Shown here: one piece after another, positions 27,090 to 40,989 of the stretch
How the letters are laid out: each line of letters opens with the position of its first letter
How positions within the stretch are numbered: position 1 is the stretch's first letter
DNA from: Octopus sinensis
Taxonomy: Eukaryota
Length of the DNA stretch: 64,000 nucleotides
Reading direction: 5' to 3'
Assembly: GCF_006345805.1 (NCBI RefSeq)
Contig: NC_043000.1
Coordinates: forward strand, 95,232,001-95,296,000
Notes under the pieces: model-generated
Told to the model about the DNA's origin: nothing
Database searches by the model: none
The model's input: the letters and a program-made list of their open reading frames with translations, nothing else
Program-made: the position numbers and the translations under genes

Positions 27090-27990
27090 ATTATCGGTTG
27101 GCAGATGTCATAAAGAATTTACTGAATTTATAAGCAAGAACCAAAACTCTCTGGATAGAACAGAAAACCTACGATCTACACATGTGGTAGCACAAATCAA
27201 CAGATGCCTTCTGCTCATAGCATTAACTAAGATAGCAAGGCTACCGACACCGGAGCAACAACAACAGCAATATGAACAACAACAAATACAACTCAATGCA
27301 AAGCAGTTTCAATTCGAGGGGCAATTTACAACAGCACCACCACCGACTAAAGAAATATCGACCAAGCATCTCACCCAGAAAAAATGTACACATATAAGAC
27401 CACTGGATTCATATGCGGCATCTATCAGCAAAACCAGGATTTCCTGCAGAGATCACGAATTTTGTCAGTGACTACGAAATCTACGCATCTTACTGTCAAC
27501 CCGATAGTAGCAGAGTGACAGTGTTGTTTCAAATGTGCACTATTTGCATATCGAGGTACGGGCGATCTTTTTGGACTTGGCTACTAATTTGGTGGTCCTC
27601 AGCATTAGCGGCAGTGATATCAATCCATTTAGATTAGTGGCTATTTATGTTCGACTGCTGTATGACCGTTGAAATCAAAGCATCTAATGTAGTTCTTAGC
27701 AACCCACTCGTTACTGCTAGTGGATGACTTGAATGTCACGATGAGGTTCTATTGAGATTTCTAATAAGAGAGAAGCTGTGAAATCTTAGCAAATCTGCTC
27801 AGGCAAGTATCGACCGGATTTCCAACATGTTCCGATATAATCATAGACAAATCGTGCAATCATCCAGATTGCATCTTGTGGATAGGAAAAGAGTTCAGAG
27901 GACAGGAAATAGGTGTAGTCGTCGTTAGTGAGACACATTTTCTGTTGCTCATTCGTTCATGAATTTACAGTCTTCAGTTAATTGAGACCA
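27090..27990 (+). mobile_element. Highly decayed L1/Tx1-like LINE fragment (possible ORF1 end plus APE endonuclease)
   Basis: Frameshifted pieces SKTRISCRDHEF / VSDYEIYASYCQPDSSRVTVL / LVVLSISGSDINPFRLVAIYV / LLLVDDLNV resemble APE motifs of Tx1/L1 elements. Confidence 0.5.
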
Positions 27991-28309
27991 AGATCAGTAT
28001 GATTAGGTGCCAAACATCTGAAACGTTCTTAGGCATTCGTTGTTCTCTATCACTTGAGCAAAACGGTTAGTGACAAACAATTGTAGAACTTCAAGAGTAG
28101 ACAACCTTTTCTGGACGACTTTCACCCACACCCAGGATCCATGAACAATTTTGCCTACTGAGGAGTTGGGGTGTATCTTCAGTTTTTCGATTCCAGATTA
28201 ATTCTACTACTACGGCAGTGTCGTAAGTTAAGGCTAGTTTAAGGGAATTTCAGAATTTCATTTCATTGCTGTAAAAGAAACTATTCTTCAAGCCAATAAG
28301 GAAACTTGT

Positions 28310-28490
28310 ATGTCGTCACTCAGTCTACCGAAAATATCAGCGAGATCTCCCTCAGATCATACCGTGCTACCTTAACAAAGGAACAGATCTTTTGAATAAT
28401 GTTGTCTTAGATGCGCCTCGTCCGAAAGGGAAGTGGAGTTGCCATAACTAGAACTTCTTTGAGATTAGGTGTTGTTCAGTCAACAGTAGT
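28310..28490 (+). mobile_element. Old SINE-like family D; related copies at about 42005-42200(+) and 13380-13540(-)
   Basis: Shared CACTCA..GAAAT..AGC..A.ATCTCCC.CA.AT and TTGRATAATGT..TC..AGAT blocks, compared by eye. Confidence 0.45.
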
Positions 28491-29377
28491 TATAAGTACA
28501 CATAACAATTTTTATTGAATGGCTGTGTGGGTATGAAAATCGCTTCGCAACCACGTGGTTTCGAGTTCAGTACTACAGCGCGGCGTCTTGAGCAGGCGAC
28601 TTTTAATATAGCACCGGAATGGTCAATGCCTTATGAGTAAATTTCCTAGATGGAAACTGTATGGAAGCCATCGTATATATACATATGTGTGTGTGTGTCT
28701 GTGTCTGTGTGGACACATGTGTGTAAATACGTGCGTGCACGTGCGTGTCTTTCTGTTTGTATCTCACCGCTTCACTACCGGTGCTGCTTTGTTTGTAACC
28801 CAGTAACTTCGCAATTCGGCATAAAAAAAAAAAGAGTCTAATAGAATAAGTACGAGACTTAAAATAAGTACTGGAGTCGATGATAGATTAAAACCTTTCA
28901 GGGCGGTACTCCAGCATGGCCACAGTCTAATGAGCAAAACATGTAAAGCAATACGAGAATTAAAGCTAAATTTCAGATAAAAATATTTCAAACTGAAGCT
29001 GCATCGCAGCTTTAACTTGTCTTAACAAAGGTTATACGAGATGGTATTAAGATATATTATATAGTTTCACTTATTATACTCAAGCTCAGCACGTTCGTTA
29101 AAACACTTAGAAGTCATTATCTTTCGACTAAATAGTGCTGGGTTTTTTTTACCTGGAAACATAGAACAAACTGTTTAGATAAACGTATGTGAAGGTAGTT
29201 TACGTACGTGTGAATTAAATATACATATAAGAAACGTGTCTGTGTGTCTGCTTGTCTGTCTGTGTGTGTAGACGGATAGGCAGGTAAATAGATAGATAGA
29301 GACATATACACATATATGCATAGGTGCGTTCATACACATATATATACACATATGAATATATATATAATATTATATAT

Positions 29378-29458
<81 letters not shown>

Positions 29459-29471
29459 CATGCATACATAC

Positions 29472-29512
<41 letters not shown>

Positions 29513-29530
29513 CATATCTATGTATGCCTG

Positions 29531-29584
<54 letters not shown>

Positions 29585-29587
<3 letters not shown>

Positions 29588-30470
29588 TAAATATTGAGGG
29601 AGATAAATTAATATTAATTTTAATATCAATTTAAAACCAGTAGTCCAGCATTCAAAAATCTGAGAAGTCAGAGAAAATTCAAATATATGTGTATATTGGC
29701 AGGACTGGCCTGCTAGGTAGCCGCCGAATGCTAGAAGAAGACCATCAACGATCAAACTAAGGGAAATTCTCTAGAGGAAGAATTCAGCGAACACCAGAAC
29801 CAAATTTGGCGTCAGGACATATGAAATTTAAATAAAAAACAGACTTAATGCATACCTAGGTTTTGGTCTTTAACAAAAGAATTACTTGCATAATTCAATG
29901 TCCGTGACTTCATCAGTACATTCGGTCATCGAGATGCAAACTGAAAAACTAACCCCAGCTCTCTGTGTCAACAGACACGTGCTTAGTTTTACTGATTACA
30001 TCGGGAATAAAATTTCAAATGTCTTGGCTCTGTGGCGCGCTAAGAAATTCCTGAAGCGAAGGGCTGCAGTGATATTCACTGCGGATATTGCTTCAGGAAT
30101 TTCTTAGCGCGCCAGAGCCAAGACATTTGAAATTTTATTCCCGATGTAATCAGTAAAACTAAGCACGTGTCTGTCTTGACACAGAGAGCTGGGGTTAGTT
30201 TTTTCAGTTTGCATCTCGATGACCGAATGTACTGATGAAGTCACGGACATTTGAATTATGCAAGTAATTCTTTTGTTAAAGACCAAAACCTAGGTATGCA
30301 TTTAAGTCTGTTTTTTATTTAAATTTTCATATGTCCTGACGCCAAATTTGGTTCTGGTGTTCGCTGAATTCTTCCTCTAGAGAATTTCCCTTGTAGTTTG
30401 ATCGTTGATGGTCTTCTTCTAGCATTCGGCCGGCTACCTAGCAGGCCACCCTGCCAATATATACATATAT
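29585..30470. mobile_element. Fold-back duplication of a pLTR-like sequence (about 375-bp arms, centre about 30074)
   Basis: 29683-30057 is the reverse complement of 30090-30470 with small indels. An extra roughly 100 bp (29585-29683) is on the left only. (TA)n flanks both sides and each arm has an HHR-like motif. Confidence 0.85.
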
Positions 30471-30490
30471 ATATAATATTATATATATAT

Positions 30491-30546
<56 letters not shown>

Positions 30547-30554
30547 ATGTATTA

Positions 30555-30595
<41 letters not shown>

Positions 30596-30596
<1 letters not shown>

Positions 30597-31586
30597 CAGG
30601 TTCAGTACAAAGGAAGCAACGTTCTGAACCATGAAGAATCTGTACCGGATTTTTGCAGTTTTGAATTTTCTTTAAACTTTTTTTGCAATTGTCTGATAAT
30701 ACAGACACAGACTTGCCCAAATGCATCAATAAACTAACATTGATATTTTCTTCACCGTTCTTTTCCACAATTATCTGAAATGGAACTGTCAAAGCACAAT
30801 ATTCGAGCAATTTTGCTATTCAACTTCAAAAAAGGACGTAAAGCAGCTCAAACTGCTCGCGATATCAACGAAACGTTTGCTGATGAAATGACCAGTGAGT
30901 GGTCAGCTTGAAAATGGTTTAAACGATTTCGCAGTGGAGATCTGAGTCTTGAAATTTGCGAGCGCTGTGGATGCCTATCTGTCATCGATGACGGTTAATT
31001 AAAGTCGTAAAACTATTCGAGAACTGACAAAAGAACTTCAAGTTAGCCAGAAAATTGCCTGCAACCATTTGCATGGGTTCGGAAAATTAAAAAAAGCTCG
31101 ATAAATGGGTACCACATAATTTGAATGAAAATCAGAAAATGCGTAGATATGAAATTTGCTCGTCGCTTCTTCTCTGTAACCAGACCAATCCATTTCTTGA
31201 CCATATTGTAACTTGCAATGAAAAGTGAATTCTGTACAATTATAAAAAAAATACTCTTCGCAGTGGTTGGACCAAAATGAATCAACGAAAACATTCCCTA
31301 AATACCAGCTCTTTAAAAAAAGGTTATGGTGACTGTTTGGTGGTGTACTGTTGGACTCATCCACTATAACTTCTTAAAACACGGAAAAACTATACTGCAG
31401 AAACATATTGCTGTGAAATTGCCAAAATGAACGAAAAACTGCTATTCCTCCATCCCAGACTGGTCAACAGATGAGGGCCAATCATTCTTCATGACAATGC
31501 TCGACCACACGTTTCACTAATGACGTTGAGGGAACTTGATTACTAAGTTCTTCCCCACCCAGCTTATTCCCCAGACCTTTCTCCTA
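30596..31586 (+). mobile_element. Decayed mariner (Hsmar1/cecropia-like) transposon, truncated by assembly gap
   Basis: ATG at 30780: MELSKHNIRAILLFNFKKGRKAAQTARDINETF...KWFKRFRSGD, WVPH, HIVTCNEK, KKVMVTVWW, LHDNARPH, LPHPAYSPDLS. The left TIR-like TATCAGGTTCAGTACAAAGG follows (TA)n. Confidence 0.9.
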
Positions 31587-31686
31587 NNNNNNNNNNNNNN
31601 NNNNNNNNNNNNNNNNNNNNNNNNNNNNNNNNNNNNNNNNNNNNNNNNNNNNNNNNNNNNNNNNNNNNNNNNNNNNNNNNNNNNNN
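31587..31686. other. Assembly gap of 100 N (scaffold join, true size unknown)
   Basis: Direct reading. Confidence 1.
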
Positions 31687-33360
31687 TATTTCATCTTAAT
31701 ATATTTTCTAAATTCAATGTTATTGTGACTACATACAACAGATTGTTTTACTTTTCTTCTTAATCAGTTATTTAAATGTAGCTAGTTTGACGTGGTTATT
31801 GTCAATGGATGTTGCTAAATATTATCATCATGGCTGCCGTTTTCATCATCATGATGTTATTTTGCTTATTGTTAATATTCATTTTAATTTCTATATGTCT
31901 TTAAGAAATTACACGGTATTTCTCTTCCACTGGAAAGTTTTCACTTCATCTTTTTTGTTAAGTTCTTATCTCGTCTCTTTTCATTATAGGTTTATATACG
32001 GAAGAATATATAATTAATGATTACAACATTGGGAACATTAAGCAGTAAGAAATATATTCACATATATGTGGTTACATAAAAATCAATGCTAATAGATTCC
32101 ATATTTAATGAGTGTTCGTCATCGCGACGTACTCGTTCCGTAACTTGCCGAAATAGTAACGGTCTAGCGCCTAAAAAAAGTATAGTAAATTTCATATGAA
32201 AAAGAAGAATTAAAATTATTCAATACTTTATATTGTTTTTTATTATTTTTATTGTTTTCTTTTTTTACAATATATGTTTAATATTAGTTATTAGTTTTGT
32301 TATTTCTTTATGATAATAGTGATATAAATGTTGGTTGGTTGGTTGGAGAGAAGAAGAGAGAGTAAAAGAGCGATAAAAGGAGAATGAACATAAGAGAAGC
32401 ATGATGAGTGCTCATAGAAGGCTTGATGGCAGGCAATGAGTTCATGAACACTACGCACGATGATAGAGAAAAAATCATGGATAGGATGAGAAGGAGAAGC
32501 AGGGGAGCAGCAGCAGCAGGTGGAGCAGCAGGAGGTGTAGGAGGAGGAGGAGTAAATAACAGAGAAATAGATATTTTTCCCTTACAAATTAGCATTGATT
32601 TCATCATTTTGTATTAGCACTAACAAATTTGATAAAAGTTGTATATACACCATATTTCCTGATACTGCCCATGGTGGCAGAAGTATATTTCCAAAGTTGC
32701 CTGTCACACGACGAATAACTCTGATATCCTAAGAATTAAAAATACTGATTTAGTTACATAAACAGGAATGATTAACGTCACTATGTACAACATCACCGCT
32801 ATAAATACTGGGAGGACTGTGTATTCAACGAGTGTTTCTTTAACATTGTATTGTTATTTCCATTACATTGCTTAATGAGGTTTCGATAAAATAAAAGTTT
32901 TCATACTACGAAAGTTTTTCTTCCCTCAGTTGTATTGACATTGCCTCAATCAAAATGAATATGCTACGAAATACTTTCTTTCACCAAGATATTAATCTCC
33001 TAAGTTCTCTTTATTTTCTATATTGATTTACAATTGATATTTTCTCTCTCTGTTTTCGTTCCGTTGGGATTCTTCACTAGTTTTTGTTTCGTCACACAAA
33101 CATTGGACGCAGATCTTTTAATTTCATACATATCAGAAAATACAGAAACTTCTTTTCTTTTTTCTATCTTTCATTCTTTCATTCACTCCCTTTCTCTCTC
33201 GATCCATCTATATCCTTCCTTGTTCTCAACCGACTTTTTAAAGTTATTTCCATATTATATACGCGTCGAGAAAAATGAATGCTATCGAAGCACACAGTTA
33301 TGTAATATATATAGTGGTACATTAGTCTAATGTCAAACATACGTTTATGCGTGTATGTGT

Positions 33361-33406
<46 letters not shown>

Positions 33407-33832
33407 TTGTGTGTGTACGTATGTGTGTGTATGTGTATGTGCGAATGTAACTGACAACGTGCAAACGGAAATAAATATTTTTAAAAACTCAGAACCGGTA
33501 GTAGAGTCATTCTTTTTTAGGTAAACGCTTACGCTGAATAAATTCAAGAATACTCTATGGTGCCATATTTCAAACTTCCGGAAATAGTGCGCGCAAACAT
33601 ATAAATGTAAACAGACCCTGGGTGAAAGCGCGTAGCTGAAAATAGTTGGCTGCAAATACAACTGCATACTCCCTATGCAACAGAAACACGTGTCGGTTGT
33701 ATAAACCAATTTGCTGTATGATTAACTGTAAAATAAAATTGAAAGAAAAATATGTATTCTTTGTAATTGTTTATTTCGCACGCACACACACACGCACGCG
33801 CGCGCGTACACACACACCACCAACACACATAT

Positions 33833-33903
<71 letters not shown>

Positions 33904-33934
33904 ATATATATATATATATATTTTTATTATATAT

Positions 33935-33975
<41 letters not shown>

Positions 33976-34879
33976 TATATATAATGAGCTTATTGTATAC
34001 AGTACTCAGGTGTAATAAAAATTGTCGAAAAAGGCTAAAAGGAGGAACAGACAGCAGTAATAAATAAAGTAAAGAAAGTCAGTGATAGTAGCCAAGTGCA
34101 TATTCGCAATGTACAGGAAGCAACAAAAGAAGACACAAAAGGGAACAGTAAAAGAGTCATAAAAAGCAAAAGGTGCTATGACACTTCAGGAATAGCATTG
34201 ACGAATTTCGAGGCGTACGAGCAAATTACAAAAGATAACCGTAAAAAAATTCATATTGTAAAATTTACATGCAGTATTCAGCAACACTTATTAAAAGGCA
34301 CAGAACTCTATAGAGACATATTTTAATACTGATTAAAACATATTATTGATATAAATAAGATACAGAAATATTATTATAGCTGTATTAAAAGGTTCTGAAG
34401 TAGCAACAGTCTTTTTCCAAGTAGTGAAGCTATTGTATTTTTAAAAAAACGTCCCCTAACAAGTACGAATCTGAGTATCTCTTAATAAATATTCATGGAA
34501 GTGTTTACAAGAATAAACAAATTCCGATCTTGTTTCGTTTTTGTTTCCTGCTGTTGTTTTTGTTTTTGTTTTTTGATGTTTTCTCAGCATAACAAAATGC
34601 CGCAATGAAATATTGTATGTTTCCAGAACGGCATGTTAATGTTGAATTTTTCAACCTTTAATCATCTTTAAAATAAACTGATGCTAAAGGGATGTATTTT
34701 GATATGATAATCACTACTTTATTATTGAAATAAAATTATTGTAAATGCAACTGGAAAACAAACAACTTCAGGCTTCTTTAGAGTAGACCATCAACTTAAA
34801 ATTAGAGTCATTTTAATACTACCACCGCTAATGCCACTTCCGAGTTTCACAGGCCATTGTAGGTCCAACACACCACCCT

Positions 34880-35910
34880 TAGTCCGCACATGTCTCCCTA
34901 TGCTTTACATATACCTCTAGACTCTACATGCTTCACTAGATCCCACATGCCTTTCTTATTTCTTTATTGCCCACAAGGGGCTAAACATGGAGGGGAGAAA
35001 CAAGGACAGACAAACGGATTACGTCGATTACATCGACCCCAGTGCGTAACTGGTACTTAATTTATCGACCCGGAGAGGATGAAAGGCAAAGTCGACCTCG
35101 GCGGAATTTGAACTCAGAACGTAACGGCAGACGAAATACCACTAAGCATTTCGCCCGGCGTGCTAACGTTTCTGCCAGTTCCCACATGCCTTTCTGGGCC
35201 CCGAATGATGCTAGTCCCCGCATGTCTCCCTATGCCCCATATGTACCTCTAGACCCCACATACCTTCCTGGACCCCAAATGGTACTAGTCCCCGCATGTT
35301 TCTCTATGCCCCACATGTACTTCTAGACCCAACATGCCTTCCTGAACTCCGAAGGATGCTACTTCTTGCATGTTTCCTTACGTCCCCCATGTGCCTCTAG
35401 ACGCTACATGCCTCACTAGATTCTACATGCCTTTCTGGTCCCCAATTGATGCTAGTCCCTGCACGTCTCCCTGTGTACCTCGAGACCCCACATACTTTCC
35501 TGGACCCCAAATGATGATAGTTCCCGCGTGTCTCCCTATGCTCCACATGTATCTCTAGACCCCACATACCTTCCTGGACCCCAAATGATGATAGTTCCCG
35601 CGCGTCTCCCTATGCTCCACATGTATCTCTAGACACCACATACCTTCCTGGACCCCAAATGATGATAGTTCCTGCGTGTCTCCCTATGCTCCACATGTAT
35701 CTCTAGACCCCACATACCTTCCTGAACCCCGAATGCTTGTAGTCCACCCATATCTCCCTATGTCTCCCATGTACCTCCAGACTTCACATGCCTCACTAGA
35801 CCCCACCTGCCTTTCTGGGTCCCGCATGTACCTCTAGATTCCACACGCCTCACTGCACTGCACGTACCTTCCTAGATCCTCTAAATGCTCCCGCCCCTAG
35901 ATTCCACGTA
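34880..35910. repeat. Minisatellite, 74-bp core period, interrupted by a SINE
   Basis: GGACCCCAAATG recurs at 35502, 35576 and 35650. Diverged units flank these on both sides. Confidence 0.9.
34957..35179 (-). mobile_element. SINE family A with 16-bp TSD
   Basis: TCCCACATGCCTTTCT at 34941-34956 and 35180-35195. Confidence 0.85.
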
Positions 35911-36967
35911 CACTACAGACGTCATTTGCTCGCTATTGGGTTGACCACTGCCACTCGAGCTGTGGTTTTAATTTAGGTCCTTACCGTTAATGTGATACCA
36001 AAAAGTAAATGTTTACATGATTATGAAATGGAAATTAAATTTTGCCAAACTCGGCATCCTACTGTTAAAGATTCTTATTAATTTTGACAGAAATTAGTCT
36101 TAATTACTATGTGAGTGAGTTATTCAATATTAGCTCAGAACATTCCTGCTGAACTGCAGAAGCCTGCAAATTAACCATTACTGATTATGTGGAAAAATCA
36201 CTCAACTTTGCAAATCACGTTCATAATTGATTTCTTGGAATGTATTCAGAACTTTGCACGAATCTATGATCATGCTACTGTTAATAAATGAATGCAATAA
36301 ATGGTGGAAGCAAGAGGAGGTCTGTTGTTTCCTTGTTCTCTTGTTTTGCTAGTAGCAAGCAACGTGGAATTGGTGACAGACTTGGAGCACGACTAAATAC
36401 GTAGTTGAAACCATCCTATTTTCTTTTACACTAATAATGACTTTGAAAGAGGCGTTGACGTTACATACCATTCCCGCTTCTCGAAAATATGCGGGGGATT
36501 TTCTGTGCAGTCAAAAGCATTAATGCACCAATATTACTCTTGAGAAGCCTCTGTCTGACAGTTCAACTTTCTGTAAATCGCAACCAAATCTCTCTCAATT
36601 TACACTCCACCGTTTAAAAAAATTGGACACATTAGATAATGTAACTCTGTAACTCTACATACATTTAAAAAAAAACAGCAACATTCAAATATAAATTGCC
36701 TTTGATTCTAGGTTTACTTCTTCAGGGTCGCCTCAGGGTTAACAAAAATAAGTTTTTACAAGGAAAACGTTGATAGTGACTTTGAAATTTTAGTTTGTCT
36801 TCGTGAGTCTGATCTTTTTGGCAAGTTTCTTTTTTTTATCTTGATGGGGATAAACTCCTTGTAAAAGTTTATTAAACATGAACTCTATTTGAGTTCAATG
36901 TTATCGTGTTTAATTTTTTTTATCGATAAAACTTGACATAGAAACAGACATCAAGACAGACAGACAA

Positions 36968-37077
<110 letters not shown>

Positions 37078-37914
37078 GATAGATAGATAGACATGCCTTT
37101 CTGTTTATTTGACTATGGTATATATATACATCAATGTATTGTATATACGTAAATGCATTTTGCATATATGTGATGTGGTTTGGGTGGGTGCATGCATGCG
37201 TGCGTGAGTTACACCTAAAAAACGAAATTAAATTCATTAATGAACACCTCAAAAATTCATTCGTCAATGTTTCCTTTATTGCCATTTTCTATCACCTATT
37301 TAGCGAACAGTTCATATATTATCGATTGAAAAATAATATCACTAATAGCAGAAGTGGAACTTTTGCCTTTTAGGCTCGTAGCCAGGCACCATACCGATCC
37401 TACTAGACTTATATACAAGTCAAATAACTATTTGTTTTCCTTCTTGGGAGAGTGGAGGTTAAATCAGATAAAGTCTTCAGAAATTGTGATTATTTTAGCG
37501 AAGATGAAGTTTTTAAACGGTAAAGATAAGTAGCAAACTTCCAGCTCAGTTATTATGTATTCTGAACTACTGCAGGGGCTCCACGCTGTCTCCTAGCAAT
37601 ATATTCAATTATGTAACAGAAGGGACAAGTTACCTAATTTTCTTCTGTTTCGTCTCTAATCGCGAAAAGTGAAATAAGTGATTCTGTTTATTCGAAATAG
37701 TGAAGGAGAATATGTTAGTTCTTTTATTTTAATATGTTCTTTGCCTTCGTTTGATTCTGATGCTTGTTTATAAAATTCTTTTGGCCCCATATTTATTTCA
37801 CTGCATTTATATTCCTGTAAAGATGTCAATGTATGTAATTATATATATACATACACACATGTATACATGTTAAAAAATATAAATTATATATGTAAGTATA
37901 TATATATATATATA

Positions 37915-38655
37915 CGGAGCAAATAATTCACGAAAAAATAATTTGCCAAGATACCATTGACTCTGTTATTATCTAGTACAATAATTTAAAAATGATAATA
38001 GCAGAAACAATATAGGCGATTGCAGGCCCCCCCAAAAGACATTAAGTACCTGAAGGATTAAAATTAATCAAAGAACATACTAAATCAGTCAAAACCCATT
38101 TAAATCGACAAAATACACTTATAATAACTACAGAAATCAACCGTCCGAAGGCAAACAGGCTAGGACAATATTCCAACATACATTCAAGTATTTGAACTCA
38201 CATGGACCGGTTTCTGCATTGGCAAATATCCTCAGCTTCCTCACCATGTGTTACCATGATAGAGAACCCACCCAACCCGTCGTGTTTCAGTATGGAATTT
38301 CGTGAATTATTTGTTCTGTATTAAAATTATTTTCTCACTGGTAGCTTCTATGATTCTGGCGCAAAACAAATCAGTTGCAGCGCAGACTTCAAGACGACGG
38401 TTTGGGTGAGGTCTCTACCATGGTAACACGTGCTGAGGAAACTGAGGCTATTTGCCAGTGCAGAAACCGGACCACGTGAGTCCAAATACTTTAATGCATA
38501 CTGGGAGATTGTCTTAGCTTGTTTGCCTTCGGACGGTTGATTTCTGTAGTTATTGTCAGTGTATTTTGGCAATTTAAATAAGAGTTTTGACTGTTATTTC
38601 CAGCAGGTGGACATATTTAATATTTCCTTTGATTAATTTTAATCCTTCAGTTATA
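37915..38655. mobile_element. Older fold-back pLTR pair (arms about 38047-38290 and 38392-38650)
   Basis: Diverged inverted repeat, e.g. AACTACAGAAATCAACCGTCCGAAGGCAAAC versus GTTTGCCTTCGGACGGTTGATTTCTGTAGTT. Each arm has a degenerate HHR. An extra roughly 130 bp lies on the left next to (TA)n. Confidence 0.75.
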
Positions 38656-38705
38656 TACATAGGTGTGTGTGTGTGTGTGTGTGTTTATCACTTTTTTTAT
38701 AAATA

Positions 38706-38779
<74 letters not shown>

Positions 38780-39269
38780 TTTGAAAATGCAATTTTAAAG
38801 AAGTTTATTCACTTGACCGGTTTCACTTTTTTAGAAAAAGATTGTCAAAATTAAAATGTAAACCTTTGTATAAGCTTTGTTGTGTTAAGTACTGGTTGTC
38901 ACAAAATATTAAAATAGATATATACATTATTTGATAATAATAAAATATTTAAAACAGTTTACAAGGAAATATCTTTAGAAAATATTAAACAAAAAGTTCA
39001 ATAAAAATATTAGGAGTTCAAAAAAGTCATATTTAGTAGTATATATATACACAGAAGGAGATATATTTAGGAGTTTACAAAGAATTTGAGATGAATTGAC
39101 CTGTTTTAGCATTTTTAATTTTGTGTGAAGCTATGGTTTGTTTGCTATCTTCAGGGACATTGTGGGAGGTTGGTTGGGGTGGGGGAAGGAAGAGCAATGT
39201 GGAATTGAAAGAATTTTTTGTTTCTCGGCTAGTCTTTCATGGTTCAGTGGTTTTGGGGACTGGTCTTAG

Positions 39270-40100
39270 AGGTCAGAATGGTGTGAGTGTGTGTGTCACT
39301 GTGTACGTCTCTATGTGTGTGTATATACATGTGTTTGTGTTTGTGTTTGTGTGTGTGGGCCGTTTTTGATTGGTCCCAGAGTTTATTGTGGTGTATGTAA
39401 ATGTTCTTTGTGCGTTTTATATTTGGTAGGATGGTGTGTGTATATGTGTGCACGTTTGTGTGTGTGTATGCAAGTGATTAATATTTGTTAGGGTGTTGTG
39501 TGTGTGCAAGTGTGCGTATGTGTTTGTTCGCGTGTGTGTATGTGTGCGTCTGTGGTGCGTGTGTATGCTTGCATATTTTTTAGTGGTGGGGATGTTATGT
39601 GTGCGTACGTGAGTCTGTGTATGTACATTAGTATGTGTTGTGTCTGAGTATGTTTGTGTTTTAATTGTCCTTGGGGTGTGTGTGTATGTGAGCAGCTGTA
39701 TGTGTGTGAGGAAGCATATATATGTGTGGGTGGGTATGTGTGTTTGGGTATGTGTGGGTGTGTATATGTGTGTAAGTGTGTTGTATTTATCAGAGGTTCT
39801 GTGTGTGTCCATGTGTGTTGGTTTTATCTGGGTGGTGTGTATGTGTGTGCATATGCGTTTTGTGTGTGTTGGTATTGAGTATGCGTTTGTGTGTGTATAT
39901 CTATATATATGGGGGGTATGGTTTATGTAGTTTCCAGGTGTGTATGTGTGTGCACATGTGTGTGTACTGCATTTGTGAGTGATTTGTTTTGTTTGTATTG
40001 TTAGTACACACAACCATGCACACACACACAATGACACACACCTCCCCGACAAACACAAGACACATAGACACACTCACACAATCACACCCACACCTATACA
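39270..40100. repeat. Long degenerate (GT)n tract switching to (CA)n
   Basis: Cryptic dinucleotide composition; it generates the His/Thr and Val/Cys ORF-track artefacts. Confidence 0.9.
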
Positions 40101-40910
40101 TACACATTGAGCGATAATATATGCGTGTATGTATGGCTATGTGTGAGCGATAATATATGCGTGTACGTATGGCTATGTGCATATGTGTATATTTAAACAT
40201 GCAAACGTATGAATATACGAATGCATAAAAATGAAGGTATATGAATACGTATATGTCTATACGTGCATGCTCAAGTGAATGTTTGAACATTTTAATATTT
40301 TCTCAATTGCATAGATCTTCTTGTAATGTCCATTGCTACTGAATACTAGAATCATTTCTCCTCTCGGACAGAGAACTGTAATATCGGTAAATAAAGGGGT
40401 TGTTGTTTTCATTTGTTCTAATCTTCTTCATTTCTCCATCTTGGTTTTAATTTTTCGGTCTTTTCTTTCCTCCTCCCTGGGGAGCATAGAAACAAGCATT
40501 ATTAGTGAAAAATATATTGTTTCTGTCAATCAATTATAAACGCTTCAGTAGTCAGGAGAGTCTAAATTATTCATAAGACGGTGATTCTCACCAACATTCT
40601 TCTTAGAAAACGATCAGGCATACCTGTATGATGTGTGGTTTGGTGTGTGGCACATTTAAATGTAGTGTAGCGAGGTTTTGTGTAGGCTTTGATGAGGTTT
40701 GGTATGGTTTGATGTGCAGTGTTGTTATTAAAGTCTTCAGTTCGCCACTAGATGGTTCTGTGTTCGGTACCATTGCACAACATCTTTGTAGGGTGTCTTC
40801 TGATATAGCATCATGTTTCCCTATGTCTTGAGAATGGAATTTAGTAATCGTAAACTGTATGGAATCCGGATGCAAGCAAGTATATACGTACACAGACACC
40901 AGTCATATAT

Positions 40911-40958
<48 letters not shown>

Positions 40959-40989
40959 TATATATATATTATAATATATATATATATTA

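Noticed and set aside
32408-32617. Gly/Ala-rich ORF as a host exon
   Set aside because: It is preceded by two in-frame TGA, has no pyrimidine-rich acceptor, and is largely (GCA)/(GGA) simple repeat.
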